DNA of 64,000 nt. Source: Candidatus Latescibacterota bacterium (lineage in GTDB: Bacteria; Latescibacterota; UBA2968). Numbering within the stretch: the stretch's first letter is position 1; each line of letters starts with the position of its first letter. The stretch lies in assembly GCA_965204375.1 (NCBI GenBank), contig OZ241986.1:2496001-2560000 (forward strand). The letters are read 5' to 3'. Under the pieces are notes generated by a model. That model saw only the letters and a list, made by a program, of their open reading frames with translations, ran no database searches and was not told where the DNA came from. The position numbers were made by a program, and so were the translations under genes. Below are positions 19,063 through 28,485 of the stretch, piece after piece.

Positions 19063-21498
19063 ATGGAACAGTCATCGAAGGCATTACCTGAGACCCTAAA
19101 AGATCAGTCGAGATTACCTTTTCAAATTTTGGGCATATGCTTGATTGCACTCGCGCTATTGATGACTCTGAGCTTGCTATCGCACTCGCCTGAGGACCCA
19201 CCCAATTCGACGCGCCCCAACGAGTTGGCGCAAAATCTGGTCGGATGGCTCGGCGCACACGTATCCTACCATTTGCTATTTAGCGTGGGCTATGGTGCTT
19301 ACGCACTGATCGTTGTGGTATTGGTGTGGGGGTGGAACCGCCTCAGGATGTCGAGCGTCAGATCACTCGTGATGCACAGTATCATTCTGTTTTCACTAAT
19401 GGTGATTTATTGTGGCGCAACAGGCGTGCTCTTTTGGGAACGCCCCACAATGGCCTGGAAATTGGGAGGTGGGCTGGGATTTATGCTATCGTCTTCCCTG
19501 CTGGTACCCTATTTGGGTACTGTTGGGGCTTATATTTCTTTGGCGACGCTATTTGTGGTATTGTTGATGGTTGCCACCGATATTCCGTTTAACCGAATAC
19601 CCGAGTGGACATTCTTAAAAAAACATGCGGAGAAGTCTGACAATAACGGGACATCGACTGAAGTGGCACGCGTTGAGGACTCCGATCAAGTCGAGGATAT
19701 CGATCAAATTGAGGACATTGATCAAAAAAAAAATATAACTGAAGAAGAGATTGTTGACGACCCCATTTTAGATGAATGGGAAAAGGACGAATTGGCCGAG
19801 AGGCCCAGGCCCGTGATCGCCGATGACAGAAAAGAAAAAGACATCGATGAACTATTAGAGAAGCAAACAAAAGAGACAGTAGATGACCCTATTCCAGATA
19901 CGGCACAGGTTGAGCGAGAAGAAGACGAATTGCCTGAGGTGGAATTTGAAATAGTAGATGAAACGTCTGAGCCAGAACCAGAACCTGTTCCGTCAAAACC
20001 AAAAAAGAAAAAGAAAATCAAGCGCAAGCGATCTTCGACATATTTGCTGCCTAATTTGAAGTTGCTGGAAGATCCCCCTCCGGGCGATGGGATTATAGAC
20101 CGCGAAACCCTGTTTAAAGGGGCGCAGGTATTGGAGCAAAGCCTGAGCAATTTTGGCGTTCAGGGCAAAGTGGTGCAGGTCAATCCCGGGCCTGTTATTA
20201 CGACATATGAAGTCGCACCACCTCCGGGCGTGAAAGTCAGCAAAATCGTCGGACTTGCAGACGATCTCGCCCTCGTGATGAAAGCGCAAAGCATTCGCAT
20301 TCAGGCTCCCATTCCCGGAAAAGCTGCGGTCGGCATTGAAGTGCCCAACCCAGAACCTTATACGGTCTTCTTAAAAGAAATTTTGGAATCGCACGCATTT
20401 GAGCAGTCCGATTCAAAACTGATGCTCGGGCTCGGCAAAACAGCTTCGGGTGATCCCTATTGCGCCGATCTCGCAAAAATGCCGCATTTGTTAATTGCCG
20501 GCGCGACCGGAGCTGGTAAGTCGGGGTGTATCAATGCGTTGATTTCCAGCATTTTATTCCGCTGCACGCCAGAAGAAGTGCGTTTTATTATGATAGATCC
20601 CAAAATGCTGGAATTGTCAATTTACAACGATATTCCACATCTCCTGGCCCCTGTTGTCGTCGATCCCAAAATGGCGTCGGGTGCACTCAAGTGGGCGGTA
20701 TCAGAGATGGAGAACCGATATCGCACAATGGCGCAGTTTACAGCGCGCAATATTACTGATTTTAATGCCAAGATGGCGCGGCTGCGAGAAGAAGCACCCT
20801 CCGAGGAAGACCGCGACGAGATTCCCGATGCCTTGCCCTATATTGTCGTGGTGATCGACGAATTGGCCGATTTGATGATGACTGCACCGAGCGATATTGA
20901 AAACTCACTGGCGCGATTGGCACAAATGGCCCGCGCTGTGGGCATCCATCTTATTATTGCAACCCAGCGTCCTTCAGTAAATGTGATTACGGGGACAATC
21001 AAAGCCAATTTCCCAACGCGTATTGCATTTCGCGTGGCATCCAAAGTCGATTCGCGCACGATTATTGACGCCAATGGCGGTGAAAAACTCCTGGGACGGG
21101 GTGATATGCTATTTTTGCCCCCTGGACATCCCGAACCCATTCGCCTTCACGGGGCGTGGATCGATACCGAAGAAACCGAACAATTAGTGGCCTGGGTGCG
21201 CGATCAGGGCGTCGAACTCGATAGCGTTGAGTTTGAAGGCGAAAATAGCGATCTTTCTGTTGTCGATAACGAGCGCGATGCCCGGTTTGATGAGGCATTG
21301 CGATTGGTGGTTATCCATCAGCAGGGCTCGGCATCGCTCCTGCAGCGCCGGATGAAGGTGGGATACTCGCGGGCCGCACGCCTTGTTGATGAACTCGAAG
21401 CCGCCGGTATTGTTGGTCCGTCCAATGGATCGAGTAAGGGACGCGAAGTCCTCGTTGACGAAGACTATTTAGAGGAACTCGAGGAGTTGGATGTATGA
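19063..21498 (+). CDS. ftsK: DNA translocase FtsK
   Basis: 4TM domain, MPHLLIAGATGAGKS, IDELADLM, ATQRPS, gamma domain LQRRMKVGYSRAARL. Confidence 0.97.
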   Translation: MEQSSKALPETLKDQSRLPFQILGICLIALALLMTLSLLSHSPEDPPNSTRPNELAQNLVGWLGAHVSYHLLFSVGYGAYALIVVVLVWGWNRLRMSSVRSLVMHSIILFSLMVIYCGATGVLFWERPTMAWKLGGGLGFMLSSSLLVPYLGTVGAYISLATLFVVLLMVATDIPFNRIPEWTFLKKHAEKSDNNGTSTEVARVEDSDQVEDIDQIEDIDQKKNITEEEIVDDPILDEWEKDELAERPRPVIADDRKEKDIDELLEKQTKETVDDPIPDTAQVEREEDELPEVEFEIVDETSEPEPEPVPSKPKKKKKIKRKRSSTYLLPNLKLLEDPPPGDGIIDRETLFKGAQVLEQSLSNFGVQGKVVQVNPGPVITTYEVAPPPGVKVSKIVGLADDLALVMKAQSIRIQAPIPGKAAVGIEVPNPEPYTVFLKEILESHAFEQSDSKLMLGLGKTASGDPYCADLAKMPHLLIAGATGAGKSGCINALISSILFRCTPEEVRFIMIDPKMLELSIYNDIPHLLAPVVVDPKMASGALKWAVSEMENRYRTMAQFTARNITDFNAKMARLREEAPSEEDRDEIPDALPYIVVVIDELADLMMTAPSDIENSLARLAQMARAVGIHLIIATQRPSVNVITGTIKANFPTRIAFRVASKVDSRTIIDANGGEKLLGRGDMLFLPPGHPEPIRLHGAWIDTEETEQLVAWVRDQGVELDSVEFEGENSDLSVVDNERDARFDEALRLVVIHQQGSASLLQRRMKVGYSRAARLVDELEAAGIVGPSNGSSKGREVLVDEDYLEELEELDV
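19675..19728 (+). repeat. Three 18-bp imperfect in-frame tandem repeats (EDxDQx) in the FtsK linker
   Basis: gaggactccgatcaagtc / gaggatatcgatcaaatt / gaggacattgatcaaaaa. Confidence 0.7.
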
Positions 21499-22175
21499 TG
21501 TGTGAAATGTACCACAGGCGTAACCTGCATACATTTCTCGCTATTCTCGGTATTTTATTTTTTACGGGAACAGTGCAGGCCGATACGCGCGGCTCAGAGG
21601 TAGTTGCGAAATTGCAAAAAAAATTTGCGGATCTCGAGACGCTTTCCGCTCACTTCGTCAAACAACACTACTGGCGCGTGATGGACCAGCATCAAGAAAT
21701 CAAAGGGAAGTTGCTGGTTCAGCGTCCCGACCAGTTTCGAATGGATTCGGATGTACAGGTGGTGGTAAGTGATGGCAAAACCGTGTGGCATTACGCGCCT
21801 GCCAATGCCCAGGTGCTGGTGAGCGATTACACCGCGATGGAAAACGATCGAAACTATGAAAAATTGTTATTTGATCTGATTTTTTGGGGTGGGTACGACG
21901 AAAATTATGTGCCCGTTTATGTAGGCGAAGAAAAGATACATCGCAAGGCGTGTTACGCGGTCGATTTATTGGCAAAAAAAGAAGATACGTATATCCATAA
22001 AATTCGCCTGTGGATAGACAAACGCCTCTATCTGGTGAGACAGGTAGAATATCGCAATATCCACGAAGATGTGACAACATTTGTATTGTCGGACTTGAAG
22101 GTCAATAAAAAAGCCAGGCCCGATCAATTTACATTTCACGTACCCAGCGGAGTGGAATTGATCGATTTGCGCTGA
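21495..22175 (+). CDS. lolA: Outer-membrane lipoprotein carrier LolA
   Basis: Signal peptide, QRPDQFRM, VSDGKTVWHY, FTFHVPSG; directly follows ftsK. Confidence 0.85.
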   Translation: MMCEMYHRRNLHTFLAILGILFFTGTVQADTRGSEVVAKLQKKFADLETLSAHFVKQHYWRVMDQHQEIKGKLLVQRPDQFRMDSDVQVVVSDGKTVWHYAPANAQVLVSDYTAMENDRNYEKLLFDLIFWGGYDENYVPVYVGEEKIHRKACYAVDLLAKKEDTYIHKIRLWIDKRLYLVRQVEYRNIHEDVTTFVLSDLKVNKKARPDQFTFHVPSGVELIDLR

Positions 22176-22197
22176 TTATAACCGAAAGGAACAAATA

Positions 22198-23308
22198 ATG
22201 GCTGTGGAAATTCAGGTGCGTGAACTGCAAGACGCGCTATCCGATTATAGCGCGCGCGTGGATAAACTCGGGAGGTATCTTTGACCTCGATCAAAGACGA
22301 ACAAAAATCGCTGAATTTGAAAAACTCATGGAAGCACCGAATTTCTGGAATGACCGCGAAAATGCACAGCGGATTATCGACGCCTGTAATGCGGAAAAAT
22401 ACTGGGTTGAAAGTTGGGAAAATTTAAATGCGCAAGCGAGCGATTTGGATGTGCTTTTTGAATTGGCATACGAAGAAGACGATGCCGAATCTCTGTCGGA
22501 AGTCGCCGCTGAATTACCCGGGGTTGGCGCAGCTTTAGACGCGCTTGAATTGCGGCACATGTTGGGCGATCGAGAAGATCGCAACGACGCGATATTGACC
22601 ATTCATCCGGGCGCTGGAGGTACCGAAGCAGCAGACTGGGCGCAAATGTTGATGCGTATGTACACGCGGTGGGCCGAGCGGCGCGGGTTTCAAACCACTG
22701 TCCTGGATACGCTTCCCGGCGAAACGGCCGGAATTAAGAGTGCGACAATTGAAGTGAAGGGCGATTATGCTTTTGGCTATCTCAAGTCCGAATCTGGTGT
22801 ACACAGACTGGTGCGAATTTCTCCTTATGATTCCAACAATCGTCGCCACACATCATTTGCTTCCGTTTTTGTCTATCCCGACGCCGAAGGCGATATCGAG
22901 GTGGAGATCAATCCCAATGATTTGAAAGTAGATACCTATCGCGCTGGGGGCGCTGGCGGACAACACGTGAACAAAACCGATTCAGCGGTGCGTATTACCC
23001 ACGAACCCACGGGGATTGTGGTGCAATGCCAGAACGAGCGTTCTCAGTACAAGAACCGCAATACGGCCATGAAAATTCTCAAAGCGCGATTGTATCAACA
23101 CCTGCGGGAAGAAGAAGACAAAAAACGCGCCGAACTCGAAAGCACAAAAAAACGCATTGAATGGGGCAGTCAAATCCGCAATTACGTTTTTCAACCCTAT
23201 CAGATGGTGAAAGACGCGCGAACGGGCTTTGAGACATCGGATGTTTCGGGGGTTATAGACGGCGATCTCGACCCGTTTATCCGCGCATATTTACTATCGT
23301 CACACTAA
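22198..23308 (+). CDS. prfB: Peptide chain release factor 2, with programmed +1 frameshift at 22279-22285
   Basis: ATG 22198 after AAAGGA; GGGAGG-TAT-CTT-TGA-C slippery site; GAGGTEA, SPY, GGQ motifs. Confidence 0.97.
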
Positions 23309-23341
23309 GTTTTAAGCGGTAATCCCAAACGGGCAACGCGC

Positions 23342-23370
23342 TTGACTTGAATATGCATATTGGTTATAGT
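23342..23370 (+). promoter_or_regulatory. Sigma70 promoter of lysS
   Basis: TTGACT-N17-TATAGT. Confidence 0.75.
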
Positions 23371-23429
23371 TTAATGACCTTTACAACGTTTAATCTTATA
23401 GATATTAGAGGGGTTGGGAGGCTCCAATC

Positions 23430-24962
23430 TTGACTCGGGTTGTGGGACAAACGCCAGAATCTCAATTAATCGAACAGCGCCTGCAAAAACTCGACACCAT
23501 TCGAGATATGGGCATTGAGCCTTATCCGTATCGTTTTGAGCCCACGCACTATTCTGAGGATATTGTCGCGTTTTTTGATGCGCTGAACGCATCGGGCGAT
23601 GAGGTGCGGGTTGCCGGTCGATTGATTGTTACGCGCGGTCATGGCAAAGCGGCCTTTGCCGATTTGCGGGATGCCGTGGGTCGCCTTCAAATTTATGTGC
23701 GGCTCGACAATGTTGGCGATGATGCTTTCGCGCTGTGGAAATTGCTGGATATCGGCGATTTTATCGGCGTATCTGGCCCGGTTTTTAAGACGCGCACAGG
23801 GCAAATATCCGTCCAGGTTCAAACGCTCGTGCTGTTGACCAAAGCCATTCGTCCGCTGCCCGTTCCAAAAGAAGAATTACGCGATGGCGAGCGCGTTGTA
23901 CACGATCAATTTAGCGACAAAGAACTGCGATATCGCCGTCGTTATCTGGACCTGGCACTCAATCCCGATGTGCAGGCGGTGTTTCGCAAGCGCAGCGTGG
24001 TCGTATCTGCGATTCGCGAATTTTTAGATGCACGCGGTTTTTTAGAAGTCGAGACACCGGTACTGCAACCGCTCTACGGCGGGGCTTCAGCCCGTCCTTT
24101 TGTGACACATCACAACGTGCTGGACATGCCGCTGTATCTGCGGATATCCGATGAATTATATCTCAAGCGTTTGATCGTGGGTGGGCTTGATCGGGTGTAT
24201 GAAATCGGCAAAAATTTTCGCAATGAAGGCATCGATCGAACGCATAACCCCGAGTTTTCGATGCTCGAATTGTATCAGGCCTACGCCGATTATTCAGATA
24301 TGATGGCAATAGCCGAGGCACTCTACGCCTTTGTGGCCGAAAAGGTAAATGGCGCGACAACGCTCGAATACCAGGGTCGAGAAATTGATCTTACCCCCCC
24401 CTGGCCGCGCATCCCCATGCTCGACGCCATCGAAAAATACGGCGGTATTGATGTGGCGCGGTCCTCAGATGCCGACCTGCGTGCTGCGTGCAAGCGCTTT
24501 GATTCCGATATCGAACCGGATGCAGAGCGCGGGTTGTTGATCAACGCATTGTTCGAAGCGTGTGTCGAGCCTGAATTGATTCAACCGACCTTTATTACTG
24601 ACTATCCTATTGCGGTGTCTCCCCTGGCCAAACGTCATCGGATTCAAAAAGACCTCACCGAACGATTTGAATTTTTTATCAATGGTTGGGAAGCGGGCAA
24701 TGCGTTTTCCGAACTGAACGATCCGGTTGATCAGCGGCAGCGATTTGCGCATCAAAAAACCTTGCGCGATCGGGGCGACGACGAGGCTCAGATTCTCGAT
24801 GAAGATTTTTTGATGGCCCTGGAACACGGGATGCCACCGACGGGTGGGTTGGGCATTGGTGTTGATCGAATGGTGATGTTGCTCGCAGACGCGCCTTCGA
24901 TTCGAGACGCAATTCTGTTTCCGCACATGCGCCCTAAAGAGGGCCTTGAAGACCATGGATGA
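23430..24962 (+). CDS. lysS: Lysine-tRNA ligase (class II)
   Basis: OB fold, EVETP, GGASARPF, FRNEG, HNPEF, GMPPTGGLGIG; TTG start with GGAGG. Confidence 0.97.
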   Translation: MTRVVGQTPESQLIEQRLQKLDTIRDMGIEPYPYRFEPTHYSEDIVAFFDALNASGDEVRVAGRLIVTRGHGKAAFADLRDAVGRLQIYVRLDNVGDDAFALWKLLDIGDFIGVSGPVFKTRTGQISVQVQTLVLLTKAIRPLPVPKEELRDGERVVHDQFSDKELRYRRRYLDLALNPDVQAVFRKRSVVVSAIREFLDARGFLEVETPVLQPLYGGASARPFVTHHNVLDMPLYLRISDELYLKRLIVGGLDRVYEIGKNFRNEGIDRTHNPEFSMLELYQAYADYSDMMAIAEALYAFVAEKVNGATTLEYQGREIDLTPPWPRIPMLDAIEKYGGIDVARSSDADLRAACKRFDSDIEPDAERGLLINALFEACVEPELIQPTFITDYPIAVSPLAKRHRIQKDLTERFEFFINGWEAGNAFSELNDPVDQRQRFAHQKTLRDRGDDEAQILDEDFLMALEHGMPPTGGLGIGVDRMVMLLADAPSIRDAILFPHMRPKEGLEDHG

Positions 24963-25629
24963 GTTGCTGCGCGCAACAGGGGTTTGCAAACACTATGTAT
25001 TGGGGGATACCCATATCGAGGTACTAAAAGGGGTTGACCTCGGGGTTGTTCGCGGCGAAATTGTTGCAGTGGTTGGTGCTTCGGGTGTAGGAAAGAGTAC
25101 TTTGTTACACATTATGGGCGGGTTAGACCATCCGGCTTCGGGGACGGTTGTCATCGATGGCGTCGATATATTTGCCCTTTCAGATACTGATCGCGCCAAA
25201 TTTCGCAATCGCCAGATTGGGTTTGTTTTTCAATTTCACCACTTGTTGCGCGATTTTACTGCGCTTGAAAATGTGATGATGCCCCTGATGATTGCCGGTG
25301 ATTCGCACGATAAAGCACGAGTCCCCGCACAAAAACTACTCTGTGATGTCGGTCTGGAAAAGCGGCTTGCACATTTGCCTTCTGAACTTTCTGGCGGAGA
25401 AGCGCAGCGCGTTGCTGTTGCAAGGGCACTGGTGACACAACCCGCTATTGTTCTGGCCGACGAACCTTCTGGCAATCTCGATGTGGCGCGCAGTGCACAG
25501 CTTCACGCATTAATTTGGGAACTTGCCAGAACCCGGCACCAAACGTGCATTATTGTAACACACGACCAGCATCTGGCTACTCGCGCTGATCGGGTGGTCG
25601 AGATGGAAGATGGTCGTCTCATTATTTAA
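24955..25629 (+). CDS. lolD: Lipoprotein-releasing ABC transporter ATP-binding subunit
   Basis: GASGVGKS, GFVFQFHHLL LolD motif, LSGGE, ADEP. Confidence 0.88.
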   Translation: MDELLRATGVCKHYVLGDTHIEVLKGVDLGVVRGEIVAVVGASGVGKSTLLHIMGGLDHPASGTVVIDGVDIFALSDTDRAKFRNRQIGFVFQFHHLLRDFTALENVMMPLMIAGDSHDKARVPAQKLLCDVGLEKRLAHLPSELSGGEAQRVAVARALVTQPAIVLADEPSGNLDVARSAQLHALIWELARTRHQTCIIVTHDQHLATRADRVVEMEDGRLII

Positions 25630-25652
25630 ATAAAAAGGCGTGTGAAACAGTG

Positions 25653-25681
25653 TTGAGTTTTCCTTTATAAACTGTTATACT
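25653..25681 (+). promoter_or_regulatory. Sigma70 promoter of clpC
   Basis: TTGAGT-N17-TATACT with extended TG. Confidence 0.65.
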
Positions 25682-25731
25682 GGACTCAAACACGCTTCGC
25701 CAGATTTCTCGTTAGGCGAGAGGAGTATTCA

Positions 25732-28338
25732 ATGCAGAACAGTATGTTTTCAGACCAGGTGAAGCAGGTCATGCAACTCGCTCGCGAAGAAGCAGCGCGT
25801 CTGGGACACAATTACATCGGCACCGAGCATTTGCTGCTGGGCATTATACGCGGGGGCAAAAGTACAGCTATTCAGGTGCTGACAAATCTGAACTTAAATC
25901 TCGAAAGTATCAAGCAATCCATCGACGATTTTGTCGCTTCTTCTGGTAGTTCAATGACGATGGGTGAAGTGCCTTTTACACCCCGCGCAAAACAGATTCT
26001 CGAAATTGCTGCCAATGAAGCCAAAGAAATGAAGAGCCGAGTCGTGAGAACCAGCCATCTGCTGTTGGCACTGTTGAAAGATAAAGACGGGGTTGCCGCA
26101 CAGATTTTGGTCACATTCGGCGTAGATCACAGAACCGCCAAGGAGGAGGTGATTGCCGTTTTGCAGGGAAAAACTTCGGGTAGTAAGCGCGAAAAAAGAA
26201 AAAGCAAAACGCCTTTCCTCGATCATTTCGGACGCGATTTAACCGATCTGGCGCGGCAGGGCAAACTCGATCCAACCATTGGTCGCGATCGCGAAATCGA
26301 ACGGGTGTCACAGATACTTGCCAGACGGAAAAAGAACAACCCTGTACTTGTGGGCGAACCCGGCGTGGGTAAAACGCAGATCATCGAGGGATTGGCACAG
26401 CGCATTGTAGAACGGCGGGTCCCACAAATTTTGCTGGATAAGCGCGTAGTTACGCTCGATATGGGCGGGATTGTCGCCGGCACAAAATACCGCGGGCAGT
26501 TTGAAGAGCGCCTGAAAGCTGTGATGAATGAACTTCAGCAAAGCCAGAATGTGATCATTTTTATCGATGAGTTGCACACTATTGTCGGTGCCGGTAGTGC
26601 CGAGGGTACGCTGGATGCATCCAATATGTTTAAGCCCTCACTTTCCCGCGGCGAATTGCAGTGCATTGGCGCAACGACCTTAGATGAATATCGAAAATAT
26701 ATTGAAAAGGATGGCGCGCTCGAGCGGCGGTTCCAAACGATAGTGGTCGATGCCCCTTCAGTGGGTGAGACCATTGAAATTCTCAAGGGCCTAAAAGACA
26801 GTTATGAGGCACATCACAAAGTATCGTTTTTACCTGAAGCGATTGAAGCAGCAGCGCAAATGGCTGACCGCTATATCAGTGATCGCCACTTGCCCGACAA
26901 GGCCATTGATGTGATTGATGAAACGGGAGCGCGGGTGCGATTGTCTCGCCTCAACCCCCCCGAAGAGATCAAAGAAATCGAGATGGCCATTGGTGAGATT
27001 ACGCGAAAAAAGGATATGGCTGCTGAAAATCAGCAATTTGAAGAGGCGGCAAGGTTGCGCGACCGCGAGCGAGAACTCAAAAACGAACTCGAAAATATGC
27101 GCCAGGCGTGGGAAGTACAGGTAACAGATGACGTGGTCGAAGTAACAGAAGAACACATTGCCGAAGTGATTTCGAGCATGACGGGTATTCCCGTGTTTCG
27201 GCTGGCACAGGCCGAATCCGAAAGACTGATCAACATGGCGTCTGAGTTGCAAAAGCGGGTGATTGGGCAAGAGGAAGCGGTTTCTACGGTATGTCGCTCT
27301 ATTCGGCGCACGCGTGCGGGTCTCAAAGATCCCAATCGCCCAATCGGCACGTTTTTGTTCCTGGGCCCCACGGGTATTGGCAAAACGTATTTGGCGCAAG
27401 CACTGGCGCAGTATCTGTTTGACGATGAAGATGCACTCGTAACCGTAGATATGTCGGAATATATGGAAAAATTCGCGGTATCTCGGCTCGTTGGTGCACC
27501 ACCAGGTTATGTGGGATACGATGAGGGCGGACAGCTAACGGAAAAAGTGCGCAGGCGTCCCTATTCAGTGGTTTTGCTCGATGAAATTGAAAAGGCCCAT
27601 CCCGATGTATTCAATATCCTCTTACAGGTGTTGGATGAAGGGCGTTTGACAGATAGTTTTGGGCGCAAGGTAAATTTCAAAAATACCATTTTGATTATGA
27701 CATCCAATCTGGGAACCAAAGATCTGCAAAAGGCAGGTGGTTTGGGATTTGGCCGATCAGACAAAAAATCGATCCGCGAAAAAATGGAAGAGCGAATCAA
27801 CGAAGAGGTCAAAAAGACATTTAACCCCGAGTTTATCAACCGCCTGGATGAAACAGTGATCTTCAATCCGCTGGATCGGAAGGAAATTATTCAGATCGTC
27901 GATATTGAGCTTGAAAAAATTCTCGCTCGTGTTGCAGAACGCGATATCGAAGTGCGTCTCACACAGGGGGCCAAGAGTTTGATCGCCGAAAAGGGCTATG
28001 ATCCGACGTATGGCGCGCGGCATCTGCGGCGCACCATTCAAAAGATGATTGAAGATCCTCTGGCCGAAGAGATCATTGTGGGCCACTTTGCGGATGGCTG
28101 CAAGGTTCGGGTGAGCAAAAAAGGCGATACGCTCAACTTTGAGGGAAATTCTATCGCAAAAGAAGAATCGAAAGAAGAATCGAAAGACACGACCGAAATT
28201 CAGATGAGTAAAAAAGATAGTAATCTCAACACGGCTGATGAGAGCGGAGAGGGTAATCTCGATGAAAAAGTTGGAGATCAGGACAAATCGGGAGATCCTG
28301 TCGGAGAAGAAGAAGTAGTGAACAAGGACAAAGCATGA
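25732..28338 (+). CDS. clpC: ATP-dependent Clp protease ATP-binding subunit ClpC
   Basis: Clp-N repeats, [11 protein letters not shown] motif [21 protein letters not shown] loop; acidic C-terminal tail. Confidence 0.95.
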   Translation: MQNSMFSDQVKQVMQLAREEAARLGHNYIGTEHLLLGIIRGGKSTAIQVLTNLNLNLESIKQSIDDFVASSGSSMTMGEVPFTPRAKQILEIAANEAKEMKSRVVRTSHLLLALLKDKDGVAAQILVTFGVDHRTAKEEVIAVLQGKTSGSKREKRKSKTPFLDHFGRDLTDLARQGKLDPTIGRDREIERVSQILARRKKNNPVLVGEPGVGKTQIIEGLAQRIVERRVPQILLDKRVVTLDMGGIVAGTKYRGQFEERLKAVMNELQQSQNVIIFIDELHTIVGAGSAEGTLDASNMFKPSLSRGELQCIGATTLDEYRKYIEKDGALERRFQTIVVDAPSVGETIEILKGLKDSYEAHHKVSFLPEAIEAAAQMADRYISDRHLPDKAIDVIDETGARVRLSRLNPPEEIKEIEMAIGEITRKKDMAAENQQFEEAARLRDRERELKNELENMRQAWEVQVTDDVVEVTEEHIAEVISSMTGIPVFRLAQAESERLINMASELQKRVIGQEEAVSTVCRSIRRTRAGLKDPNRPIGTFLFLGPTGIGKTYLAQALAQYLFDDEDALVTVDMSEYMEKFAVSRLVGAPPGYVGYDEGGQLTEKVRRRPYSVVLLDEIEKAHPDVFNILLQVLDEGRLTDSFGRKVNFKNTILIMTSNLGTKDLQKAGGLGFGRSDKKSIREKMEERINEEVKKTFNPEFINRLDETVIFNPLDRKEIIQIVDIELEKILARVAERDIEVRLTQGAKSLIAEKGYDPTYGARHLRRTIQKMIEDPLAEEIIVGHFADGCKVRVSKKGDTLNFEGNSIAKEESKEESKDTTEIQMSKKDSNLNTADESGEGNLDEKVGDQDKSGDPVGEEEVVNKDKA

Positions 28339-28360
28339 TCGTGAAGGTGCGGTCAATACC

Positions 28361-28392
28361 CAAACGGCCCGGGCATTAGTCCGGGCTGTTTG
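28361..28392 (+). terminator. Stem-loop after clpC
   Basis: caaacggcccgggc/gtccgggctgtttg, 14 bp with GU pairs; weak U tract. Confidence 0.5.
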
Positions 28393-28485
28393 TCGTACAG
28401 TCGGAACATTTTTCTCTGCTGGGCGTTTGAGGCTTACAAATCCAAAAAGGGAACACACATCTGTCTTCAGATAGGTATTCGCAAC

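Noticed and set aside
22220-22282. ORF-track N-terminus MNCKTRYP... for RF2
   Set aside because: Out-of-frame artefact of the programmed frameshift; the true start is 22198
28159-28187. 12-bp tandem repeat (KEES twice) and acidic tail of ClpC
   Set aside because: Ordinary in-frame low-complexity tail
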